Counted from the first letter of the stretch, positions 18,550 to 28,613 are shown. The stretch: 64,000 bases of DNA from Phormidium sp. (GCA_051013385.1 CP143273.1:1056001-1120000); one strand, 5' to 3'. A program made the numbers and translations. Notes: generated by a model from the letters alone, not told the origin.

Positions 18550-18966
18550 CTATTGCCTTAAATAAAAAGGATATACCAAACTACGAACATCAGGGCTATT
18601 TTTAGGTTGATAAATAATTTCAACATCCACTTTTCCCCTGATCGGATCAGGGTCAGTACGCACTTCTTTTAAAATAATCCGAGGTTCCCACATTTGCAGC
18701 GCATCTTCGATATAAAGACGGATCATTAGTAAAGTTTGAATACTCATCGATTCAAAAGCCAACTCCGATAAACGGGAACCAAAATCGGGTCGATAAACCC
18801 GTTCTCCTAAACCAGTTCTGAGAATGATAATTATTGATTCTTCAATGCTTTGAGTATCCGAACTCAATTCGATACTACCTTGGACATTGATTTGCAGAGG
18901 AAATGTTAATCCTGTCCCAGTGTAAGTGTAGTCTTCTTCTGAATAAGAGTAATCTTCTTCAAGCAT
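18550..18966 (-). CDS. GPW/gp25 baseplate protein (Afp9-like)
   Basis: GLTFP..IEESIIIILRTGLGERVYRPDFGS..WEPRI..SLVYPFYL. Confidence 0.93.
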   Translation of the reverse strand: MLEEDYSYSEEDYTYTGTGLTFPLQINVQGSIELSSDTQSIEESIIIILRTGLGERVYRPDFGSRLSELAFESMSIQTLLMIRLYIEDALQMWEPRIILKEVRTDPDPIRGKVDVEIIYQPKNSPDVRSLVYPFYLRQ

Positions 18967-19008
18967 AAAGGTTGTTTTTCCTTAAACAAATTGATGAATA
19001 TATATTGC

Positions 19009-19506
19009 TTAACCACCAATTAATACAGTCAAACAACCCCGTATAATTTTATTTGGTGGGCCAAGTGCTTCCAAGATCGTATCCCCTTGGCGACACCCAG
19101 GTAAGCCATTAATTAATACTGTATTGCTGCCATCAATAACAACACCAGGGCCATGTGGAGGAATCGGCAAAGGTGTAGAGCAATTATGAATGTCTGCGCC
19201 AGCAGCACTGCTAATAATCATATTACTCATGGTTATTGATGAGGTAATCTTCGTCGTTTGTTCAGTAATTTCTGTTGCTGGCTGTGCTGGTGTTCCTTTT
19301 GCTGCTATGTTAGCTGCTTCTGCTGCTCGAATAGCTATATCAGAACTTTGTTTCGCTGATTGAATAGCTGCAACCGCTGCTTTTCGTATTCCGCGCCAAG
19401 CTGGTAAGTTGCCTATAAATACATTAGGGCTACCCGGTCCTCCAGTTAAGATTTGTGGCAAAGGATGGGCTACAGAATCGGTAATTCTTGCTGCTGGTCT
19501 TCCCAT
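19009..19506 (-). CDS. PAAR spike tip protein with Ala-rich insertion
   Basis: GRPAARITD..GSPNVFIGNLPAWRG..HNC..PPHGPG..GSNTVLINGLP..RQGD..VLIGG. Confidence 0.9.
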   Translation of the reverse strand: MGRPAARITDSVAHPLPQILTGGPGSPNVFIGNLPAWRGIRKAAVAAIQSAKQSSDIAIRAAEAANIAAKGTPAQPATEITEQTTKITSSITMSNMIISSAAGADIHNCSTPLPIPPHGPGVVIDGSNTVLINGLPGCRQGDTILEALGPPNKIIRGCLTVLIGG

Positions 19507-19524
19507 ACAAACATTCCTTTATTG

Positions 19525-21258
19525 TTAGTTAAGTTTAATCATGCTGCCTTTAACAGTAATTGTTCCGCTAGCTTTGATGTCGATCGTAGTTTTTGCTTCT
19601 ATAGTAATGCTGCCGATCGAAATCATATTAATACTAGGATTTGCATCATCTAATTTTAATGAATGTCCTCTTGCTGTTTTAACTTCAACATATTTTTGGC
19701 TATCATTTAGATGTAATTTATGACCTCCTGCTGTCTCAATATAAACTCCTTTTTTGCTACTACCTAGATCTTCTTCAACAAACTGAATTTGATGCCCAAC
19801 TCTAGTTTTAAATGTTCGCAGCCTTACTAAGCCTTTGTTAACATCATTTTTTACTGGGTTTGGTGGCTTATCTTTACCATTCCACACTCCACCGATGACA
19901 TAAGGACGATGAATGTCACCATGTTCAAAAGCTACTAAAACTTCATCATTTATCTCTGGTAAACAATCAAATCCTCGATCCTTTCCTGCTCCAATTGCTA
20001 CTACTCTCGCCCAATTACTGTCATGCTCTTCTGTTAAAGTAGGAAACTTAACTTTAACCCGTCCTAACCCTTCTTTATCATTATTATCAGTAACAATTCC
20101 CACTAATAAAGTTTGTCCTGGTAAAAGATGATTTGCAGGAGAAAGCGTTGTTAAAATATCACCGCCCCGTAAACCTCGTACACTGAATTCGGTCATGTAC
20201 ACTCGCTCAATGTAAGTGTGACGAGTCTCAGTGATGTAATATTCACCGCTATGCGATCCCATCTCTTTCAGTTCAACTACACGCCCTGGTTGAATTTCAG
20301 CATTTCCTTCAGCTTTGGCATCCGCATAAATAAATTGTCCCCCTAGTTCATCGCACAAAGCTTGAGCCATTATATCCGCTTCTTTAGTATTAAAAATGGG
20401 CTGATCCACTACTATCATTTTTGGATTAGTTGGCTGGCCTTTAAATTTATTACTAGTCTTGCTACCTTGACCATTCTGAGTTTTAGTTATCACATTTTCT
20501 TGGTTTTTTCTAGATACAATTGGTTTTTTCTGGCTATAATCCCAAGCTCGTACTTCGACTTCTTTAACTTGTTCTGCGCTGCTAACTCGCACTCGGAAGC
20601 TGTGCATATCTGTTAACCATCTGAGGGTTAATTTTTTCTGTGGCTCAGCTTTAGGCTTACGAAAATTCAGTTTGCCATCTTGAATAAAAAGTTCAAAACC
20701 AATCCTTGCTGCGCGTTGCCGAAGGAACTCCATATTAGTTTGATTTTGTTGAAAAATGTAGTCATGGTCAACCCCACTCGGATCGATTGTGCCAATTGGT
20801 ATCTTAACTTCAGTTACAATTTTTTTAACAATATTGCTGTCAGTTATATTTTGAAAAGAACGGTTATGCCTTCCCCGATACAGGCGATGACTGATATCAT
20901 ATCCCCTGATTATCATCGGCGCTTGAGAATGTTCGTTAAAGAAAGCTTCAATTGCTGTAATTTCACCTTCTATAGTGTAATCTTGATTGCTTTCATCATA
21001 ATCTGGAGATTCGGTTGTGCTGGAAATAAAACCTATTTTGACAGTTTTGCCAATTTGTAATAAATCCTTATAGCGCCAAGGTTCATCTTTTAGTGGGCTT
21101 TGACCAGGAAAATAATCATTTTGAATTACCAAAGTAAACATTCCAGGAATATGCAAACTCTCTTCCACAATTATCTGAAGAATATCATTCATTAAATCCG
21201 AAGAAGCTGGTTTGCCATCTATTTGTAATATTGGTAGAGCACGGTAATTACCAGTCAT
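19525..21258 (-). CDS. VgrG-like spike protein (Afp8-like)
   Basis: gp27-like N-terminus (QQNQTNMEFL..RIGF); gp5 OB fold GIVTDNNDKEGLGRVKVKFP..WARV..LPEINDEVLVAFEHGD. Confidence 0.93.
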   Translation of the reverse strand: MTGNYRALPILQIDGKPASSDLMNDILQIIVEESLHIPGMFTLVIQNDYFPGQSPLKDEPWRYKDLLQIGKTVKIGFISSTTESPDYDESNQDYTIEGEITAIEAFFNEHSQAPMIIRGYDISHRLYRGRHNRSFQNITDSNIVKKIVTEVKIPIGTIDPSGVDHDYIFQQNQTNMEFLRQRAARIGFELFIQDGKLNFRKPKAEPQKKLTLRWLTDMHSFRVRVSSAEQVKEVEVRAWDYSQKKPIVSRKNQENVITKTQNGQGSKTSNKFKGQPTNPKMIVVDQPIFNTKEADIMAQALCDELGGQFIYADAKAEGNAEIQPGRVVELKEMGSHSGEYYITETRHTYIERVYMTEFSVRGLRGGDILTTLSPANHLLPGQTLLVGIVTDNNDKEGLGRVKVKFPTLTEEHDSNWARVVAIGAGKDRGFDCLPEINDEVLVAFEHGDIHRPYVIGGVWNGKDKPPNPVKNDVNKGLVRLRTFKTRVGHQIQFVEEDLGSSKKGVYIETAGGHKLHLNDSQKYVEVKTARGHSLKLDDANPSINMISIGSITIEAKTTIDIKASGTITVKGSMIKLN

Positions 21259-21304
21259 AAGTTATGCGTGTTTAGTAATTGATTAAAAAAAATAATGCGG
21301 AGTT

Positions 21305-22039
21305 TTAACGCTTTGAAGCACGGGAAGAAGTTTTCCCTTTTGAAGTCGAAGAAGTTTTTGTGCTTTTTGAAGCTTGGGGAGATTTTTTGCCAGCCGTTTT
21401 ACGATTCATATTATCTCCTTGACGTTGTTTTGAAGTGGGATTCTTGGCATTTACAGAAGCGTTTGGTTGGGGTTCATCAGCTTCTTTAAGAGTCAGGCTG
21501 TTGATAACAGCACGCACTGGAGTTCCATCAGATAAAAACATAGTGAGCTTGTAAGAAAGTTTTTTTATAAAACAACACCGAAAATGAACTCTTGAACCCC
21601 AGATGAATTTGTAAATAGGCACGCGCTCTTTCCCTTTAACAAATTCTACAGATTTCCTGAACTTATCAATATATTCTTTAACAACATCTTTACCATCTTC
21701 ATAGGTGTCAAATAAAATATTGTTAATGGTAATTTCATAAGGCTCTCTATGAGAGAAACTAACTTTTGGTTGTCCTGTATTTTCAGCACGAGCACCACTA
21801 GAATTCGCTGTTTCAACAGCTACATCAAATATTAATTCTGTAGGATTGAACATGAAAACAATAGTTGGTGCTTCATCCGACCTCAACTCTGCTTTAACCA
21901 ACCCTCCTGGTTGATTGGATACAGGTTTAGTTTGATTTGTTTGGGTTTTAACTGACTCTCCTGGCTGATTTGATACAGGTTTAGCTTTAACCGAGCCTCT
22001 TGGCTGATTTGATACAGGTTTAGTTTTGTTCGATGGCAT
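21305..22039 (-). CDS. CIS tube-initiator protein (Afp7-like), no LysM seen; repetitive N-terminus
   Basis: FMFNPTEL..LFDTYE..FIWG..LSYKLTMFLSDGTPVRA..LKE; three KPVSNQPxxxVK repeats; Ser/Lys-rich tail. Confidence 0.85.
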   Translation of the reverse strand: MPSNKTKPVSNQPRGSVKAKPVSNQPGESVKTQTNQTKPVSNQPGGLVKAELRSDEAPTIVFMFNPTELIFDVAVETANSSGARAENTGQPKVSFSHREPYEITINNILFDTYEDGKDVVKEYIDKFRKSVEFVKGKERVPIYKFIWGSRVHFRCCFIKKLSYKLTMFLSDGTPVRAVINSLTLKEADEPQPNASVNAKNPTSKQRQGDNMNRKTAGKKSPQASKSTKTSSTSKGKTSSRASKR

Positions 22040-22087
22040 AGAACCTCCAAAATATTAAGATTAACTTTATGAGGGTAAACGACCTAC

Positions 22088-23185
22088 CTAATAGCTTCCT
22101 CGACGCTCTCGCTCTATTTCAAAGCGATGCTGAATGAGCCAATAAACTTTCTGCATGAGTTGCTGCAATTTAGTATCTATTGGAAAAGCTACGCCAGAAT
22201 TAAACACTGTTCTTTGTCCATATTTTAATTTATTAAGAGAAGAGTTAACTGTAGAAGGAGTTCTATAAAGTGATGTAATACTGCTTAACCAAATTGGATT
22301 TTCTACTACCTTTATTCCACTCCGTTCTTGAGTAATTTCTAGCCATTTTCGCATTAAAATATAAACTTTTTGAGCAAGAATGTCTAATTGCTCATTATCA
22401 GTAGAATCATTTTTTTCTAATGGCTCTTTTACTAATTCTTGTGAAATATTTGCCTCAATATTTAATTGATCTATATCTAAAATTTCGCCATTAGGAGAAT
22501 CTGAAATTAAAGGAGAAGAGAGAGTATAGGAGAAAGATGATAAGTTTGCAGATTCATTGTCTTCGGTAAACGTATTATTTGCTGTTATAAAACTTTTTCC
22601 CAGCAATTCAGATATACTTGACCATGAAGTTGCTATATTTATAGCATTATCGGGAATTGCATTTGGAACTCGTACAACATTAGATTTATTTTGTATAACT
22701 TGAGGCAAATTAGGTTGAGTACAGATTAATATATCAGACTCTTGCACTAGAGGTTGTGAGAATCCTAAAAATTTAACAGAAAGGCCACTTTCTGTGGTAT
22801 TACTACCATTATTTAAGCCTGATGGATTTTGGAAAGGCAACTCATCTTGAGAAAGTTTAGCTTGAGGATTTGTCGATGAACAATTAGTAACAGATGATTG
22901 CGGAGGAGATAGCAATAAGGGATTTATAGGAGAATTATTCGCGTCTTCTTGTCTGATTGAGCCAGAGATGAACCAAGAATTTGCCATATCTTCATTATCG
23001 AAAGAAGCTTGTGTTAAAGGCGATCGCCAAAACTCACCTAATTGCAAATTTTGTTCCAATGAGTTTAAAGATTGACCTAAAGGAAGCGACGTTTGCAGAG
23101 ACTGAAAGTTTTGTTTTAATGAAATGGATGGATGTAAAGAAGCTTTGAAACCAAGAGGCTTTAAAGACATAATTGTTGCCCTCAA
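22088..23185 (-). CDS. eCIS-associated low-complexity protein with two L..L..KVY..ER.G helices
   Basis: S/N/P/Q-rich; LDILAQKVYILMRKWLEITQERSG and LQQLMQKVYWLIQHRFEIERERRG; lies between tube and Afp7-like genes. Confidence 0.7.
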   Translation of the reverse strand: MRATIMSLKPLGFKASLHPSISLKQNFQSLQTSLPLGQSLNSLEQNLQLGEFWRSPLTQASFDNEDMANSWFISGSIRQEDANNSPINPLLLSPPQSSVTNCSSTNPQAKLSQDELPFQNPSGLNNGSNTTESGLSVKFLGFSQPLVQESDILICTQPNLPQVIQNKSNVVRVPNAIPDNAINIATSWSSISELLGKSFITANNTFTEDNESANLSSFSYTLSSPLISDSPNGEILDIDQLNIEANISQELVKEPLEKNDSTDNEQLDILAQKVYILMRKWLEITQERSGIKVVENPIWLSSITSLYRTPSTVNSSLNKLKYGQRTVFNSGVAFPIDTKLQQLMQKVYWLIQHRFEIERERRGSY

Positions 23186-23207
23186 TAAGTTTTATTCCAG
23201 CAAATTA

Positions 23208-23720
23208 TTAGAGAATATAGCCTGATGAATGTCTTCCAGCCGAGAGTTCTTGACTACTACCACCTTTTGATTTAGCTATTTCTAATCCCTCATAAGCTAA
23301 GGTTAATTCCTCGATCGCTATTGTAGTAGAATTTGCTTGTAATGCTGGCGCTCTCCACTCTATCGGTATAGCCGCTTTCAATATCCAGCACTGCATAGTT
23401 TCTCCGGCTTGATTAAACAATAAAATGCTAACGTGGCGACGTTTCTTTTGAGAGTCAGTTAAAGTGTTAGCTACCCAATCCCAAAACGGAAAACTATCAG
23501 TAATACCACGCTTTAGTGTAACATCAGAAAATTCAGCTTGACCTAAAATGACTCGCTGGTAATCATTAACGCCACCTTCAAAATGTGTTTCTTTTTTTAT
23601 TTTGACTCCCAAGCCAGAACACTCACTAAATGAAGCAGCGATTTGTCCTCCAATTTCTACGTAGAAGCGATTGGCTGTAACGTAGTTTAATTCATAAGTA
23701 CCTTGACCGTTTTTAGGCAT
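23208..23720 (-). CDS. Tail tube protein, gp19 family (Afp5-like)
   Basis: NRFYVEI..FSECSGL..EGGVN..VTLKRGI..FWDW..AIPIEWRAP..IEELTLAYEGL. Confidence 0.92.
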   Translation of the reverse strand: MPKNGQGTYELNYVTANRFYVEIGGQIAASFSECSGLGVKIKKETHFEGGVNDYQRVILGQAEFSDVTLKRGITDSFPFWDWVANTLTDSQKKRRHVSILLFNQAGETMQCWILKAAIPIEWRAPALQANSTTIAIEELTLAYEGLEIAKSKGGSSQELSAGRHSSGYIL

Positions 23721-23724
23721 TGTC

Positions 23725-23871
23725 TTACCTCCTAAAGTTTCCTGTGCGACCGCTTTGATTTCTTAAATCTTCCAGCATTAATTCGTACACTTTATCGCTT
23801 AACTTCTGTAATAATGTTGCATCAAAAAGAACTTTATCTATGAATTCCTTAGTCTCATCTTGTTTAGCCAT
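23725..23871 (-). CDS. Small 48-aa eCIS protein (below the ORF-track cutoff)
   Basis: MAKQDETKEFIDKVLFDATLLQKLSDKVYELMLEDLRNQSGRTGNFRR*; fills the gap between co-oriented genes and shares the KVY..R.G helix with 22088-23185. Confidence 0.7.
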   Translation of the reverse strand: MAKQDETKEFIDKVLFDATLLQKLSDKVYELMLEDLRNQSGRTGNFRR

Positions 23872-23884
23872 ATCTTTTAAGACT

Positions 23885-26281
23885 TTAATTATTGGTTGGT
23901 AGATTTCTCAACGGTACTAAACCTGATTCACTTAGTAGAAGTTGACCCTCATCAGTTTTTAGTAATTCAGCAAATTTCCTCCCAGGTTCTCCAAGTTTTT
24001 TATCTTTGGGATAAACTACTACTAAGCGGTACATCAACGGATATTTACCTGATTTAAAAGCCTCAACGTTAGGCATATAACTCCCTTTATCACTACATAA
24101 ATTTGTAGTTGGATCTAAAGGTTTTATTTGATTATCAATTTTTTGAACTAAAGGCTGAACTTCCTGATTTTTTTTACCCACAGCTAAAGGGTAGACAGAG
24201 CACTGATTGAAAACTCTACTGAGAAGACCAAAACCAAAAGATACTGTTTGATCATCCTCGAAATCTTTTAATATTGCTCCCAAAATATAAGGAGTATTCG
24301 AATTTATATTTTGTTGATCGCGTAATCTTTGAAACTGCGTTGGTGGTGTTCCGTTGAATACTAACTCCTCAAAATGTTGTATAGTTTTAGAATTATCCAT
24401 TGGCATATAAACTTTGATATCATTTTTTAAACCTTTAGGAATTGACCAATTTTTAATAGCCTGAGTTGTGTAAAGCTCCTGCAATTGTTCAAGGGTAATT
24501 TTTCCATTCAATGCAGTAGGTATACTTTGTTGTCTTTGGTTATCACTAAAAGCTACAAATACCACTAATCCATCATAAGCAACTACTTCTTGTTGCAAAT
24601 CATCCGGTAAATTTTCAACATAAGTAGTAAGAGCAAACTTTGATAAATCAGACTGAACAGATTTGATTACATTTAAATTAGAATCAGGGTCGGGATTAAT
24701 TTTATAATTGGCTAATCGAGAGTCGCGGATTTCTAGTTCTTTTATAAGGTTATTTTTATAAGAAACTAAATGTTTGTTATTCAAAATATAACTCCATATT
24801 CCATCAGGTTCCGTTGCGTACTTAACTAGACCATTAGGAACCTCTTTAACTTCTTTTAAACAACAAACTTCAGGAGAAACTTGGATTATTGGAACAGTAA
24901 TTTTACCTGGGTTCAGTAATCGTAAACTTAACATAATTAGTTGCCAAAAAAACCATACAATTATTCCTAAAACAGCATAATTTAATAATATTTGCCAAGC
25001 TGAATAATTTTTAATTTCTTCTTCCGTTACTGGACTAACCTTTGATAAGATTTTCGGTTCAATTATTTGGGGTATTAAAAGTGCCTGACGAGCCTCAAAA
25101 GCCGTTTTAAACGGTTGGGCTATTCCTAAAAGACGATAAATAAAATTTTTGAGTGCAATATCGTTAATATCAGGCCAATGTTGTTCAAATTTAGGGTCAA
25201 GAGGTTGATTGAAAATCGGGTCTACTGTTCCTCCTGATAATAAATAAAAACTGATATATCCCAAGTCTTTTAAATCTTTATCAACTGAATAGCCGACTGC
25301 TTTAAAAGTTGGTGGCTGAAACAAGTTTTCCCAAATAACTAAATCGGTCAAGTAGATAAAAAATTGCGGTTCGTTGAGTACAGATGCTTGTGTGTTGATG
25401 CCAATTAAAATGCTATCGAGGCTCAGATTACCATGAGGTAAACCTTGACGTATTTCATCATGAGAAATTGGCAATCTTTGAGTGTGAAGAAACCAAAGAC
25501 TTTGCAATACTTGGTATAATACTTGGCGCAGCTGATGGGTATTTATAGCTCCATTATTAGCTAAGTAATTTCTTAATGTTGAGCTATTATTCGGAGGGGG
25601 TTCAAAGATAAGGTAACAGCGTTTTTCGGTTGGTGGTGCGATCACATCCCAAGGACTAATCAAACGAAAATCCTGTCCTCCTCCATTTTTTAAATTCAAC
25701 GTTGCAATACGCTCAAACTTTTCCTTACGTTCGTTTGCTTCTTTTTGATTAAAGTCTTGTTCAAGTAACAGGAATTCTTTAATCAAAACTGGCTTACTAT
25801 TCAAAACTTGAATACCTTGGTATAAACGCATTCTCTCAGAATCTTTGAGCAAAGCTTCAACTCGGTATCTACCACGACGACCTCCACGAATTTCTCGTTC
25901 TTTTGGTAAAATTGGGATAGCATCTGTACCACGATATTTTCTTTTAGCTAATCGTTCTACTACAGTTGTGTTCAACCCACTTTTTTTTTCAATTATTTTA
26001 CTAGTAACTACATTGGCATCTAAACTCCTAGAATTAACTTCTATTCCTGCATTTTGTTGAGCATTCGTTAACGCTTTGGAAGTAGGGTTATGCGATAATT
26101 CCTCTTGATTAGAACTAATTCCATTTAGAGGAACATCAATATTTTCGTACTCCTGGTGGACGCGACGCATTACTCCCTGGGAGAGATTTTGAAACGGATA
26201 ACGAAAAAAGTTTGTTACTTCCCTAATACTACTATTAAGAGAATTAACTAATTGAGAGAGCTTCACTGCCATTGCTACCAT
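23885..26281 (-). CDS. Kinase-like domain + TM + PstS-like substrate-binding domain fusion
   Basis: RYRVEALL..VLIKEF..QVLQSLWFLH..PHGNLSLDSILI..DLKDLG; TM helix around aa 430-452; VAYDGLVVFV..ITLEQLQELY..GKYPLMYRLVVVY..FAELLKTDEGQ..GLVPL. Confidence 0.8.
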   Translation of the reverse strand: MVAMAVKLSQLVNSLNSSIREVTNFFRYPFQNLSQGVMRRVHQEYENIDVPLNGISSNQEELSHNPTSKALTNAQQNAGIEVNSRSLDANVVTSKIIEKKSGLNTTVVERLAKRKYRGTDAIPILPKEREIRGGRRGRYRVEALLKDSERMRLYQGIQVLNSKPVLIKEFLLLEQDFNQKEANERKEKFERIATLNLKNGGGQDFRLISPWDVIAPPTEKRCYLIFEPPPNNSSTLRNYLANNGAINTHQLRQVLYQVLQSLWFLHTQRLPISHDEIRQGLPHGNLSLDSILIGINTQASVLNEPQFFIYLTDLVIWENLFQPPTFKAVGYSVDKDLKDLGYISFYLLSGGTVDPIFNQPLDPKFEQHWPDINDIALKNFIYRLLGIAQPFKTAFEARQALLIPQIIEPKILSKVSPVTEEEIKNYSAWQILLNYAVLGIIVWFFWQLIMLSLRLLNPGKITVPIIQVSPEVCCLKEVKEVPNGLVKYATEPDGIWSYILNNKHLVSYKNNLIKELEIRDSRLANYKINPDPDSNLNVIKSVQSDLSKFALTTYVENLPDDLQQEVVAYDGLVVFVAFSDNQRQQSIPTALNGKITLEQLQELYTTQAIKNWSIPKGLKNDIKVYMPMDNSKTIQHFEELVFNGTPPTQFQRLRDQQNINSNTPYILGAILKDFEDDQTVSFGFGLLSRVFNQCSVYPLAVGKKNQEVQPLVQKIDNQIKPLDPTTNLCSDKGSYMPNVEAFKSGKYPLMYRLVVVYPKDKKLGEPGRKFAELLKTDEGQLLLSESGLVPLRNLPTNN

Positions 26282-26305
26282 TAGTAATAATTGGTCATTG
26301 CTAGG

Positions 26306-26647
26306 TTATTGGCTATTTGACAATAGCTTAGTAGTTTCTGTTTCTTGTAATTTTTCCTCCTCTAACTCATTAATTTGACGGTAGAACTGATACAGGTAAT
26401 TAATATCTGCGGCATATAGTTCCTCAATTACTGTTGGAGTGACTTCTTCTAAAGCTCCCAATTTAGTAATTACGCGAGACAAAATAATTATTGTTGAATA
26501 AGCAGGATTTGATTGCACACGGGGGTCACGCAAAGGCTGAATTTCATCGACGGCTTTTGCTAAACGCATTACACCTTTGCGATGTAGATTTCCATTTATA
26601 TCTAAGTAACCTTTGGGTAGATTAAACTCAAACTCTGTTTGAAACAT
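26306..26647 (-). CDS. Phage-type tail assembly chaperone (paralogue lacking CxxC)
   Basis: QTEFEFNLPKGYLD..HRKGVMRLAKAVDEI..LSRVITKLG..DINYLYQFYRQIN; downstream of the sheath. Confidence 0.82.
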   Translation of the reverse strand: MFQTEFEFNLPKGYLDINGNLHRKGVMRLAKAVDEIQPLRDPRVQSNPAYSTIIILSRVITKLGALEEVTPTVIEELYAADINYLYQFYRQINELEEEKLQETETTKLLSNSQ

Positions 26648-26812
26648 GAAGATTTACTGTTGTTGAGTAAACTTTTTGATTGCTATGTAAAGTAGTACGT
26701 TAATTCTGGGTAATTCGGCGATCGGTTCAAGTATGTTTACTAATAATTTTTAGGGTTTTCCGATCGCCAAGCTAACCAAAAATTCCTTTTAGATCGGAAA
26801 TTTAATCAGAAA

Positions 26813-28465
26813 TTATTCTTCGTCTTGAGCATTCCATTGACTGATCCGGAAGATTACAAATTCAGCTGGTCGAACTGGACAAACTCCAACTTCTACATAC
26901 AAACGACCTAAAATCATCGTTTCAACAGTGTTTATAGTTTCATCGCACTTAACATAAAATGCTTGTTCAGGCGATGCTCCAAACAAAGCTCCTTCTCGCC
27001 AAAGGCGTTCCAAAAAATTGCTAACAGTACGACGAACTCTTGCCCACAAATCTTGGTCGTTTGGCTCGAATACAACCCATTGCGTACCTAGTTCGATCGA
27101 CTTTTCTATATAGCTCATCAAACGGCGAACGCTAATATAACGCCATTCGGTTTTTTCTGGTTCTACCAATGTTCTTGCACCCCAAATTTTAATTCCTCGA
27201 TTGGGGAAGGTGCGAATGCAATTAATCCCTCTAGGGTTCAATAATTCCTGTTCCCGAAAGTTGCAATCGTATGATAGACCAATTACGCCGCGTGGAGTTT
27301 CATTTGCTGGTGCTTTGTAAACACCCCGCGTTTCATCTATGCGCGACCAAACACCCATCATGTGACCGCAAGGAGGTATTAAAATTGGTTTGCCGTTATT
27401 GCGGGGATTAGCAACTTTAATCCAGGGATAATAAAGCGCCGCAAACATCGAACGACGACCAAAATCATCTAACCAATTAACTACTTGTTGTGGTTTAATG
27501 CGATCGGGCGGCGTATCCAAAACAACCATACGATTTGGAGGATTAGGTGCAGCATTTTCGCACAAACTAATCATCAATTCCATGATGCCGTGAATTTGGT
27601 CTTCATCGAGCAAACCTGCTTGATATGCCCGCATTAAATCGGGACAAGCAATCATGGTAATTTCATCAATTTCATAAAGCCCTTGGATACCACTGCGATC
27701 GTCCCTTACCCCTTGCACATATCGTGCTAAATTTTCTTGAGTAGGCAATTCTGGAGGTGGGCTAACTTCGTATTGACCATTCAGAGGACGACGGGCTAAA
27801 GGAAGCCCTCTTTGCGTCAGGTCTGCAACAGAGATATACTGAGATTCTTGAACTGCCGTTACTACATAATCTCCGATCTCAGGTTGTACATTCCGATCCA
27901 TTGTCAGGTTCGGATGCCTCTCCAACTCTTGCCCTTCTCGCTTAACAACCAGAGTGAAAAATTCTGCTGGAACTGGTGCAGGAGTATTAGTGTCTTCTGG
28001 AATAGATTTAGGTTCACCAGGCAAAACTTCTACAGTAAGTGAACCGTTGCTTGCTTCTTCTGCTTTGAGAGCGAATTGCAAAGATTCCTTTTTTGCAGGT
28101 GTTTTGATAGTAAGAGCGTTTGATTCGGGGCCTGGTTGGGTAGTTTCCTCTGCTGGTTTGGGCAGTTGAGTGCCAATACTAATTACCCAACAGCGAGCGC
28201 CTCCATTTAAGAACCAACCATTAATAGCAAAAGGTAGATAAGCGTCAAAATCTGTGAAACCATCAGAGTTTTCTTTACCAAAATATTCCAGATATTGATT
28301 CCAAGTAGTTACCAACATTGGCTTACCTATTTCGGCTCCACCGCGTATAGTTTCGGTAAAGCCAATAAAGCCAGCAATATTAGTTTGTACGCCTTCTATT
28401 GGGCGACTACCTCGGTCAATCTCTTCAACATATACACCAGGGGCGAAGTAATCAAGTCTGGGCAT
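26813..28465 (-). CDS. Contractile tail sheath protein
   Basis: APGVYVEE..IAGFIG..FLNGG..AALYYPW..PPCGH..GVYKAPAN..LNPRGINCIR..WGARTL..YISVRR..VFEPND..PVRPAEFVIFRI. Confidence 0.96.
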   Translation of the reverse strand: MPRLDYFAPGVYVEEIDRGSRPIEGVQTNIAGFIGFTETIRGGAEIGKPMLVTTWNQYLEYFGKENSDGFTDFDAYLPFAINGWFLNGGARCWVISIGTQLPKPAEETTQPGPESNALTIKTPAKKESLQFALKAEEASNGSLTVEVLPGEPKSIPEDTNTPAPVPAEFFTLVVKREGQELERHPNLTMDRNVQPEIGDYVVTAVQESQYISVADLTQRGLPLARRPLNGQYEVSPPPELPTQENLARYVQGVRDDRSGIQGLYEIDEITMIACPDLMRAYQAGLLDEDQIHGIMELMISLCENAAPNPPNRMVVLDTPPDRIKPQQVVNWLDDFGRRSMFAALYYPWIKVANPRNNGKPILIPPCGHMMGVWSRIDETRGVYKAPANETPRGVIGLSYDCNFREQELLNPRGINCIRTFPNRGIKIWGARTLVEPEKTEWRYISVRRLMSYIEKSIELGTQWVVFEPNDQDLWARVRRTVSNFLERLWREGALFGASPEQAFYVKCDETINTVETMILGRLYVEVGVCPVRPAEFVIFRISQWNAQDEE

Positions 28466-28613
28466 AATTTTTTTCCTTGATTTAGAGTTTATGGTGTAAA
28501 TAACAGTTCTGTCAAAGCAAAAATTGTTCGCTTTAAGTCTTCAGACTTTAGTTTGTTAAGCCTCACCTATTTTGCTTTATCTGGATTCACTTTAAGGGCT
28601 TAACTTTGTTTTG

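Noticed and set aside
26717..26768. ggcgatcgg...ccgatcgcc inverted repeat as a terminator after the sheath gene
   Set aside because: HIP1-derived 9-bp stem with a long loop and no clear U-tract; insufficient support.
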